Below are positions 49,375 through 63,500 of a stretch of DNA of 64,000 bases, one piece after another. Source of the stretch: Bugula neritina (Eukaryota > Animalia > Bryozoa). The stretch's first letter is position 1, and each line of letters opens with the position of its first letter. A program made the translations under genes and the position numbers. The stretch spans positions 62,001 through 126,000 of the forward strand of contig CAXIUT010000097.1 in NCBI GenBank assembly GCA_964035545.1, in the 5' to 3' direction. The notes under the pieces are model-generated. The model was given only the letters and a program-made list of their open reading frames with translations, ran no database searches and was not told where the DNA came from.

Positions 49375-50880
49375 ATACTGCAACATACTGAAATACACTG
49401 CAACACATTCAAATACACCGCAAAATACTACAACATACTGAAATGCACTGTAACATATCGAAATACACTGCAACACATTGAAATATACTGCAATGTACCG
49501 AAATATATGGTAAACTACTGAAATATACTGTCACACATTGAAAAATACTGCAACATACTGAAATATACTGCGACACATTGCAATATACTGTAACATACTG
49601 AAATATGCGGTAGCACACTGAAATACACTGCAACTCACTGAAATATACTGCAACATACTGAAATACACTGTAACATATTGAAATATACTGCAACATACTG
49701 AAATACAGTGCTACATACTGAAATATACTGCAACATACTGCAACATAGTGAAATATACTGTAACATACTGAAATACACTGCAACAAACTACAACATATTA
49801 AAAGACACTGCAACACATTGAAATATACTGCAACATACCTAAATATACGGTAATATACCAAAATATACTGTAACACATTTAAAAATACTGCAACATACTG
49901 AAATACACTGCAACACACTGAAATACACTGCAAAATACTGAAATACACTGTAACATACTGAAATATACTGCAACATACTGAAATACACTGCTACATACTG
50001 AAATATACTGCAACACACAGCAACATACTGCAACATACTAAAATACACTGTAACATATTGGAATACACTGCAACACATTGAAATATACTGCAAAATACTG
50101 AAATACACTGCTACATACTGAAATATACTGCAACATACTGCAACATACTGAAATACACTGCAACACATTCAAATACACCGCAAAATACTACAACATACTG
50201 AAATGCACTGTAACATATCGAAATACACTGCAACACATTGAAATATACTGCAATGTACCGAAATATATGGTAAACTACTGAAATATACTGTCACACATTG
50301 AAAAATACTGCAACATACTGAAATATACTGCGACACATTGCAATATACTGTAACATACTGAAATATGCTGTAGCACACTGAAATACACTGCAACTCACTG
50401 AAATATACTGCAACATACTGAAATACACTGTAACTTATTGAAATATACTGCAACATACTGAAATACAGTGCTACATACTGAAATATACTGCAACATACTG
50501 CAACATAGTGAAATACACTGTAACATACTGAAATACACTGCAACAAACTACAACATATTGAAAGACACTGCAACACATTGAAATATACTGCAACATACCT
50601 AAATATACGGTAATATACCAAAATATACTGTAACACATTTAAAAATACTGCAACATACTGAAATACACTGCAACACACTGAAATACACTGCAAAATACTG
50701 AAATACACTGTAACATACTGAAATATACTGCAACATACTGAAATACACTGCTACATACTGAAATATACTGCAACACACTGCAACATACTGCAACATACTA
50801 AAATACACTGTAACATATTGAAATACACTGCAACACATCGAAATATACTGCAAAATACTGAAATACACTGCTACATACTG
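49375..50880 (+). repeat. 760-bp tandem duplication
   Basis: ORF offsets 49409/50169 and 49839/50599. Marker CAACAAACTA at 49781/50541. Confidence 0.85.
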
Positions 50881-53800
50881 AAATATACTGCGACACACTG
50901 CAACATACTGCAACATACTAGAATACACTGTAACCTAATGAAATACACTGCAACACATTGAAATATACTGCAAAATACTGAAATACACTGCTATATACTG
51001 AAATGTACTGCAACACACTACAACATACTGCAACATGCTAAAATATACTGCAAAATACTGAAACACCCTGCAAAATACTGAAATACACTGTAACATACTG
51101 AAGTATACTGCAACATACTGAAATACACTTCTACATACTGAAATATGCTGCAACACACAGCAACATACTGCAACATACTAAAATACACTGTAACATATTG
51201 GAATACACTGCAACACATTGAAATATACTGCAAAATACTGAAATACACTGCTACATACTGAAATATACTGCGACACACTGCAATTTACTGCAACATACTA
51301 AAATACACTGTAACATATTGAAATAGACTGCAACACTTTGAAATATACTGCAAAATACTGAAATACACTGCTACATACTGGAATATACTGCGACACACTG
51401 CAAGATACTGCAACATACTAAAATAAACTGCAACATACTGAAATACACTGCAGAATACTGAAATACACTGTAACATACTGAAATATACTGCAAAATACTG
51501 AAATACACTGCTACATACTGAAATATACTGCAACACACTGCGACATACTGCAACATACTAAAATACACTGTAACATATTGAAATACACTGCAACACATTG
51601 AAATATACTGCAATGTACTGAAATATATGCTAAACTACTGAAATATACTGTCACACATTGAAAAACACTGCAACATACTGATATATACTGCGACACATTG
51701 CAATATACTGTAACATACTGAAATAGGCTGTAGCATACTGAAATACACTGCAACTCACTGAAATATCCTGCAACATACTGAAATACACTGTAACATATTG
51801 AAATACACTGCAACATACTGAAATATAGTGCTACATACTGAAATATACTGCAACATACTGCAACATAGTGAAATACACTGTAACATAGTGAAATACACTG
51901 CAACATACTACAACATATTGAAATACACTGCAACACATTGAAATTTACTGCAACATACCCAAATATACGGTAATCTACTGAAATATACTGTAACACATTG
52001 AAAAACACTGCAACATACTGAAATACACTGCAACACATTCAAATACACCGCAAAATACTACAACATACTGAAATGCACTGTAACATATTATGAAATACAC
52101 TGCAACACATTGAAATATACTGCAATGTACCGAAATATATGGTAAACTACTGAAATATAATGTCACACATTGAAAAATACTGCAACATACTGAAATATAC
52201 TGCGACACATTGCAATATACTGTAACATACTGAAATATGCTGTAGCACACTGAAATACACTGCAACTCACTGAAATATACTGCAACATACTGAATTACAC
52301 TGTAACAAATTGAAATATACTGCAACATACTGAAATACAGTGCTACATACTGAAATATACTGAAACATACTGCAACATAGTGAAATACACTGTACCATAC
52401 TGAAATACACTGCAACATACTACAACATATTGAAATACACTGCAACACATTGAAATATACTGCAACATACCTAAATATACTGTGATATACTGAAATATAC
52501 TGTAACACATTGAAAAACACTGCAACATACTGAAATACACTGCAATGCACTGAGATACACCGCAAAATACTACAACATACTGAAATGCACTGTAACATAT
52601 TGAAATACACTGCAACACATTGAAATATACTGCAATGTACCGAAATATATTGTAAACTACTGAAATATACTGTCACACATTGAAAAGTACTGCAACATAC
52701 TGAAATATACTGCGACACGTTGCAATATACTGTAACATACTGAAATATGCTATAGCACACTGAAATACACTGCAACTCACTGAAATATACTGCAACATAC
52801 TGCAACATAGTGAAATACACTGTAACATACTGAAATACACTGCGACATACTACAACATATTGAAAGACACTGCAACACATTAAAATATACTGCAACACAC
52901 CTAAATATACGGTAATATACCAAAATATACTGTAACACATTTAAAAACACTGCAACCTACTGAAATACACTGCAACACACTGAAATACACTGCAAAATAC
53001 TGTAACACACTAAAATACACTGCAACACACTGCAATTTACTGCAACATACTAAAATATACTGCAACATACTGAAATACACTGCAAAATACTGAAATATAC
53101 TGCAACACACTGCAACTTACTGCAACATACTAAAATACACTGTAACATATTGAATTACACTGCAACACATTGAAATATACTGCAAAATACTGAAATACAC
53201 TGCTACATACTGAAATATACTGCGACACACTGCAACATACTGCAACATACTAAAATATACTGCAAAATACTGAAATACACTGCAAAATACTGAAATACAC
53301 TGTAACATACTGAAATATACTGCAACATACTGAAATACACTGCTACATACTGAAATATACTGCAAAATACTGCAACATACTAAAATACAATGTAACATAT
53401 TGAAATACACTGCAACACATTGAAATATACTGCAAAATACTGAAATACACTGCTACATACTGAAATATACTGCGACACACTGCAACATACTGCAACATAC
53501 TAAAATACACTGCAACATACTGAAATACACTGCAGAATACTGAAATACACTGTAACATACTGAAATATACTGCAAAATACTGAAATACACTGCTACATAC
53601 TGAATTATACTGCAACACACTGCGACATACTGCAAGATACTAAAATACACTGTAACATATTGAAATACAGTGCAACACATTGAAATATACTGCAATGTAC
53701 CGAAATATATGGTAAACTACTGAAATATACTGTCACACATTGAAAAATACTGCAACATACTGAAATATACTGCGACACATTGCAATATACTGTAGCATAC

Positions 53801-54949
53801 TGAAATACGCTGTAGCACACTGAAATACACTGCAACTTACTGAAATATACTGCAAAATACTGGAATACACTGCTACATACTGAAATATACTGCGACACAC
53901 TACAACATACTGCAACATACTAAAGTATACTGCAACATACTGAAATACACTGTAAAATACTGAAATACACTATAACATACTGAAATATACTGCAACATAC
54001 TGAAATATACTGATACATACTGAAATATACTGCCACACACTGCAACATACTGCAACATACCAGAACACACTGCAAAATACTGAAATACACTGTAACATAC
54101 TGAAGTATACTGCAACATACTGCAACATAGCGAAATACACTGTAACATACTGAAATACACTGCGACATACTACAACATATTGAAAGACACTGCAACACAT
54201 TGAAATATACTGCAACATACCTAAATATACGGTAATATACCAAAAAATACTGTAACACATTTAAAAATACTGCAACGCACTGAAATACACTGCAACACAC
54301 TGAAATACACTGCAAAATACTGTAACACACTGAAATATACTGCAACACACTGCAACATACTGCAACATACTAAAATATACTGCAAAATACTGAAATACAC
54401 TTCAAAATACTGAAAAACACTGTAACATACTGAAATATACTGCAACATACTGAAATACACTGCTACCTACTGGAATATAGTGCAACACACTGCAACATAC
54501 TGCAACATACTAAAACACACTGTACATTATTGAAATACACTGCAACACATTGAAATATACAGCAAAATACTGAAATACACTGCTACATACTGAAATATAC
54601 TGCGACACACTGCACGATACTGCAACATACTAAAATATACTGCAACATACTGAAATACACTGCTACATACTGAAATATACTGCAAAATACTGCAACATAC
54701 TAAAATACAATGTAACATATTGAAATACACTGCAACACATTGAAATATACTGCAACATACTGAAATACACTGTAACATACTGAAATACACTGCAACATAC
54801 TACAACATATTGAAATACACTGCAACACATTGAAATACATCGCAAAATACTACAACATACTGAAATGCACTGTAACAGATTGAAATACACTGCAACACAT
54901 TGAAATATACTGCAATGTACTTAAATATATGGTAAACTACTGAAATATA

Positions 54950-57900
54950 CTGTCACACATTGAAAAATACTGCAACATACTGAAATATACTGCGACACAT
55001 TGCAATATACTGTAGCATACTGAAATACGCTGTAGCACACTGAAATACACTGCAACTCACTGAAATATACTGCAACATACTGAAACACACTGTAACATAT
55101 TGAAATATACTGCAACATACTGAAATACATTGCTACATACTGAAATATACTGCAACATACTGCAACATACTGAAATACACTGTAACATACTGAGATACGC
55201 TGCAACATACTACAACATATTGAAAGACACTGCAACACATTGAAATATACTGCAACATACCTAAATATACGGTAATATACCAAAATATACTGTAACACAT
55301 TGAAAAATACTGCAACATACTGAAATACACTGCAACACACCGAGAAACACTGAAAATACTGTGACACACTGAAATATACTGCAAAATATTGGAATACACT
55401 GCTACATACTGAAATATACTGCGACACACTGCAACATACTAAAGTATACTGCAACATACTGAAATACACTGCAACACATTGAAATATACTGCAAAATACT
55501 GAAATCCACTGCTATATACTGAAGTACACTGCAACACACTACAACATACTGCAACATACGAAAATATACTGCAACATACTGAAATACACTGCAAAATACT
55601 GAAATACACTGTAACATACTGAAGTATGCTGCAAAATACTGAAATACACTGCTACATACTGAAATATACTGCAACACACTGCGACATACTGCAACATACT
55701 AAAATACACTGTAACATATTGAAATACACTGCAACACATTGAAATATACTGCAATGTACTGAAATACATGCTAAACTACTGAAATATACTGTCACACAAT
55801 GAAAAACACTGCAACGTACTGATATATACTGCGACACATTGCAATATACTGTAACATACTGAAATAGGCTGTAGCATACTGAAATACACTGCAACTCACT
55901 GAAATATACTGCAACATACTGAAATACACTGTAACATATTGAAATATACTGCAACATACTGAAATATAGTGCTACATACTGAAATATACTGCAACATACT
56001 GCAACATAGTGAAATACACTGTAACATACTGAAATACACTGCAACATACTACAACATATTGAAGTACACTGCAACACATTGAAATATACTGCAACATACC
56101 CAAATATACGGTAATCTACTGAAATATACTGTAACACATTGAAAAACACTGCAACATACTGTAATACACTGCAACACATTCAAATACACCGCAAAATACT
56201 ACAACATACTGAAATGCACTGTAACATATTGAAATGCACTGCAACACATTGAAATATACTGCAATGTACCGAAATATATGGTAAACTACTGAAATATACT
56301 GTCACACATTGAAAAATACTGCAACATACTGAAATATACTGCGACACATTGCAATATACTGTAACATACTGAAATATGCTGTAGCACACTGAAATACACT
56401 GGAACTCACTGAAATATACTGCAACATACTGAATTACACTGTAACAAATTGAAATATACTGCAACATACTGAAATACAGTGCTACATACTGAAATATACT
56501 GTAACATACTGCAACATAGTGAAATACACTGTAACATACTGAAATACACTGCAACATACTACAACATATTGAAATACACTGCAACACATTGAAATATACT
56601 GCAACATACCTAAATATACTGTAATATACTGAAATATACTGTAACACATTGAAAAATACTGCAACATACTGAAATATACTGCGACACATTGCAATATACT
56701 GTAGCATACTGAAATACGCTGTAGCACACTGAAATACACTGCAACTCACTGAAATATACTGCAACATACTGAAACACACTGTAACATATTGAAATATACT
56801 GCAACATACTGAAATACATTGCTACATACTGAAATATACTGCAACATACTGCAACATACTGAATTACACTGTAACATACTGAGATACGCTGCAACATACT
56901 ACAACATATTGAAAGACACTGCAACACATTGAAATATACTGCAACATACCTAAATATACGGTAATATACCAAAATAAACTGTAACACATTGAAAAATACT
57001 GCAACATACTGAAATACACTGCAACACACCGAGAAACACTGAAAATACTGTAACACACTGAAATATACTGCAAAATACTGGAATACACTGCTACATACTG
57101 AAATATACTGCGACATACCCAAATATACGGTAATCTACTGAAATATACTGTAACACATTGAAAAACACTGCAACATACTGTAATACACTGCAACACATTC
57201 AAATACACCGCAAAATACTACAACATACTGAAATGCACTGTAACATATTGAAATGCACTGCAACACATTGAAATATACTGCAATGTACCGAAATATATGG
57301 TAAACTACTGAAATATACTGTCACACATTGAAAAATACTGCAACATACTGAAATATACTGCGACACATTGCAATATACTGTAACATACTGAAATATGCTG
57401 TAGCACACTGAAATACACTGGAACTCACTGAAATATACTGCAACATACTGAATTACACTGTAACAAATTGAAATATACTGCAACATACTGAAATACAGTG
57501 CTACATACTGAAATATACTGTAACATACTGCAACATAGTGAAATACACTGTAACATACTGAAATACACTGCAACATACTACAACATATTGAAATACACTG
57601 CAACACATTGAAATATACTGCAACATACCTAAATATACTGTAATATACTGAAATATACTGTAACACATTGAAAAATACTGCAACATACTGAAATATACTG
57701 CGACACATTGCAATATACTGTAGCATACTGAAATACGCTGTAGCACACTGAAATACACTGCAACTCACTGAAATATACTGCAACATACTGAAACACACTG
57801 TAACATATTGAAATATACTGCAACATACTGAAATACATTGCTACATACTGAAATATACTGCAACATACTGCAACATACTGAAATACACTGTACCATACTG

Positions 57901-60500
57901 AGATACGCTGCAACATACTACAACATATTGAAAGACACTGCAACACATTGAAATATACTGCAACATACCTAAATATACGGTAATATACCAAAATAAACTG
58001 TAACACATTGAAAAATACTGCAACATACTGAAATACACTGCAACACACCGAGAAACACTGAAAATACTGTGACACACTGAAATATACTGCAAAATATTGG
58101 AATACACTGCTACATACTGAAATATACTGCGACACACTGCAACATACTAAAGTATACTGCAACATACTGAAATACACTGCAACACATTGAAATATACTGC
58201 AAAATACTGAAATTCACTGCTATATACTGAAGTACACTGCAACACACTACAACATACTGCAACATACGAAAATATACTGCAACATACTGAAATACACTGC
58301 AAAATACTGAAATACACTGTAACATACTGAAGTATGCTGCAAAATACTGAAATACACTGCTACATACTGAAATATACTGCAACACACTGCGACATACCGC
58401 AACATACTAAAATACACTGTAACATATTGAAATACACTGCAACACATTGAAATATACTGCAATGTACTGAAATACATGCTAAACTACTGAAATATACTGT
58501 CACACAATGAAAAACACTGCAACGTACTGATATATACTGCGACACATTGCAATATACTGTAACACACTGAAATAGGCTGTAGCATACTGAAATACACTGC
58601 AACTCACTGAAATATACTGCAACATACTGAAATACACTGTAACATATTGAAATATACTGCAACATACTGAAATATAGTGCTACATACTGAAATATACTGC
58701 AACATACTGCAACATAGTGAAATACACTGTAACATACTGAAATACACTGCAACATACTACAACATATTGAAGTACACTGCAACACATTGAAATATACTGC
58801 AACATACCCAAATATACGGTAATCTACTGAAATATACTGTAACACATTGAAAAACACTGCAACATACTGTAATACACTGCAACACATTCAAATACACCGC
58901 AAAATACTACAACATACTGAAATGCACTGTAACATATTGAAATGCACTGCAACACATTGAAATATACTGCAATGTACCGAAATATATGGTAAACTACTGA
59001 AATATACTGTCACACATTGAAAAATACTGCAACATACTGAAATATACTGCGACACATTGCAATATACTGTAGCATACTGAAATACGCTGTAGCACACTGA
59101 AATACACTGCAACTCACTGAAATATACTGCAACATACTGAAACACACTGTAACATATTGAAATATACTGCAACATACTGAAATACATTGCTACATACTGA
59201 AATATACTGCAACATACTGCAACATACTGAAATACACTGTAACATACTGAGATACGCTGCAACATACTACAACATATTGAAAGACACTGCAACACATTGA
59301 AATATACTGCAACATACCTAAATATACGGTAATATACCAAAATAAACTGTAACACATTGAAAAATACTGCAACATACTGAAATACACTGCAACACACCGA
59401 GAAACACTGAAAATACTGTAACACACTGAAATATACTGCAAAATACTGGAATACACTGCTACATACTGAAATATACTGCGACATACCCAAATATACGGTA
59501 ATCTACTGAAATATACTGTAACACATTGAAAAACACTGCAACATACTGTAATACACTGCAACACATTCAAATACACCGCAAAATACTACAACATACTGAA
59601 ATGCACTGTAACATATTGAAATGCACTGCAACACATTGAAATATACTGCAATGTACCGAAATATATGGTAAACTACTGAAATATACTGTCACACATTGAA
59701 AAATACTGCAACATACTGAAATATACTGCGACACATTGCAATATACTGTAACATACTGAAATATGCTGTAGCACACTGAAATACACTGGAACTCACTGAA
59801 ATATACTGCAACATACTGAATTACACTGTAACAAATTGAAATATACTGCAACATACTGAAATACAGTGCTACATACTGAAATATACTGTAACATACTGCA
59901 ACATAGTGAAATACACTGTAACATACTGAAATACACTGCAACATACTACAACATATTGAAATACACTGCAACACATTGAAATATACTGCAACATACCTAA
60001 ATATACTGTAATATACTGAAATATACTGTAACACATTGAAAAATACTGCAACATACTGAAATATACTGCGACACATTGCAATATACTGTAGCATACTGAA
60101 ATACGCTGTAGCACACTGAAATACACTGCAACTCACTGAAATATACTGCAACATACTGAAACACACTGTAACATATTGAAATATACTGCAACATACTGAA
60201 ATACATTGCTACATACTGAAATATACTGCAACATACTGCAACATACTGAAATACACTGTACCATACTGAGATACGCTGCAACATACTACAACATATTGAA
60301 AGACACTGCAACACATTGAAATATACTGCAACATACCTAAATATACGGTAATATACCAAAATAAACTGTAACACATTGAAAAATACTGCAACATACTGAA
60401 ATACACTGCAACACACCGAGAAACACTGAAAATACTGTAACACACTGAAATATACTGCAAAATACTGGAATACACTGCTACATACTGAAATATACTGCGA
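54950..60500 (+). repeat. Nested duplications (offsets 1019, 2368, 2708) of a distinct variant haplotype
   Basis: ORF offsets 56180/57199 (1019), 57199/59567 (2368), and 55402/58110 and 55652/58360 (2708). Markers ACCGAGAAAC, ACTGAGATAC, ACCCAAATAT-ACGGTAATCT. Confidence 0.85.
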
Positions 60501-63500
60501 CACACTGCAATATACTGCAACATACTAAAGTATACTGCAACATACTGAAATACACTGTAAAATACTGAAATACACTAAAACATACTGAAATATACTGCAA
60601 CATACTGAAATATACTGCTACATACTGAAATATACTGCAACACACTGCAACATACTGCAACATACTAGAATACACTGTAACATAATGAAATACACTGCAA
60701 CACATTGAAATATACTGCAAAATACTGAAATACACTGCAAAACACTGAAATACACTGTAACATACTGAAGTATACCGCGACACATTGCAATATACTGTAA
60801 CATACTGAAATAGGCTGTAGCACACTGAAATACACTGCAACTCACTGAAATATACTGCAACATACTGAAATACACTGTAACATATTGAAATATACTGCAA
60901 CACACTGAAATATAGTGCTACATACTGAAATATACTGCAACATACTGCAACATAGTGAAATACACTGTAACATACTGAAATACACTGCAACATACTACAA
61001 CATATTTCAATACACTGCAACACATTGAAATATACTGCAACATACCTAAATATACGGTAATATACTGAAATATACTGTAACACATTGAAAAACACTGCAA
61101 CATACTGAAATACACTGCAACACATTCAAATACACCGCAAAATACTACAACATACTGAAATGCACTGTAACATATTGAAATACACTGCAACACATTGAAA
61201 TATACTGCAACATACTAAAATACACTGTAACATATTGGAATACACTGCAACACATTGAAATATACTGCAAAATACTGAAATACACTGCTACATACTGAAA
61301 TATACTGCAACATACTGCAACATACTGAAATACACTGCAACACATTGAAATATACTGCAACATACCTAAATATACGGTAATATACTGAAATATACTGTAA
61401 CACATTGAAAAACACTGCAACATACTGAAATACACTGCAACACATTCAAATACACCGCAAAATACTACAACATATTGAAATGCACTGTAACATATTGAAA
61501 TACACTGCAACACATTGAAATATACTGCAATGTACCGAAATATATGGTAAACTACTGAAATATACTGTCACACATTGAAAAATACTGCAACATACTGAAA
61601 TATACTGCGACACATTGCAATATACTGTAACATACTGAAATATGCTGTAGCACACTGAAATACACTGCAACATACTGAAATACACTGTAACATATTAAAA
61701 TATACTGCAACATACTGAAATACACTGCAGAATACCGAAATACACTGTAACATACTGAAATATACTGCAAAATACTGAAATACACTGCTACATACTGAAA
61801 TATACTGCGACACACTGCGACATACTGCAACATACTAAAATACACTGTAACATATTGAAATACACTGCAACACATTGAAATATACTGCAATGTACCGAAA
61901 TATATGGTAAACTACTGAAATATACTGTCACACATTGAAAAATACTGCAACATACTGAAATATACTGCGACACATTGCATTATACTGTAACATACTGAAA
62001 TATGCTGTAGCACACTGAAATACACTGCAACTCACTGAAATATACTGCAACATACTGAAACACACTGTAACATATTGAAATATACTGCAACATAGTGAAA
62101 TACATTGCTACATACTGAAAAAAAATACATAATACTGCAACATACTGAAAAACACTGTAACATACTGAAATACGCTGCAACATACTACAACATATTGAAA
62201 GACACTGCAACACAGTGAAATATACTGCAACATACCTAAATATACGGTAATATACCAAAATATACTGTAACACATTGAAAAATACTGTAACATACTGAAA
62301 TACACTGCAACACACCGAAAAACACTGAAAATACTGTAACACACTGAAATATACTGCAAAAAACTGAAATACACTGCTACATACTGAAATATACTGCGAC
62401 ACACTGCAACATACTGCAACATACTAAAGTATACTGCAACATACTGAAATACACTGTGAAATACTGAAATACACTATAACATACTGAAATATTCTGCAAC
62501 ATACTGAAATATACTGCTACATACTGAAATATACTGCAACACACTGCAACATACTGCAACATACTAGAATACACTGTAACATAATGAAATACACTGCAAC
62601 ACATTGAAATATACTGCAAAATACTGAAATACACTGCCATATACTGAAATACACTGCAACACACTACAACATACTGCAACATACTAAAATATACTGCAAC
62701 ATACTGAAATACACTGCAAAATACTAAAATACACTGTAACATACTGAAGTATACTGCAACATACTGAAATACACTGCTACATACTGAAATATACTGCAAC
62801 ACACAGCAACATACTGCAACATACTAAAATACACTGTAACATATTGGAATACACTGCAACACATTGAAATATACTGCAAAATACTGAAATACACTGCTAC
62901 ATACTGAAATATACTGCAACATACTGCAACATAGTGAAATACACTGTAACATACTGAAATACACTGCAACATACTACAACATATTGAAATACACTGCAAC
63001 ACATTGAAATATACTGCAACATACCTAAATATACGGTATTATACTGAAATATACTGTAACACATTGAAAAACACTGCAACATACTGAAATACACTGCAAC
63101 ACATTCAAATACACGGCAAAATACTACAACATACTGAAATGCAGTGTAACATATCGAAATACACTGCAACACATTGAAATATACTGCAATGTACCGAAAT
63201 ATATGGTAAACTACTGAAATATACTGCGACACATTGCAGTATACTGTAACATACTGAAATATGCTGTAGCACACTGAAATACACTGCAACTCACTGAAAT
63301 ATACTGCAACATACTGAAATACACTGTAACATATTGAAATATACTGCAACATACTGAAATACAGTGCTACATACTGAAATATACTGCAACATACTGCAAC
63401 ATAGTGAAATACACTGTAACATACTGAAATACACTGCAACAAACTACAACATATTGAAATACACTGCAACACATTGAAATATACTGCAACATACCTAAAT

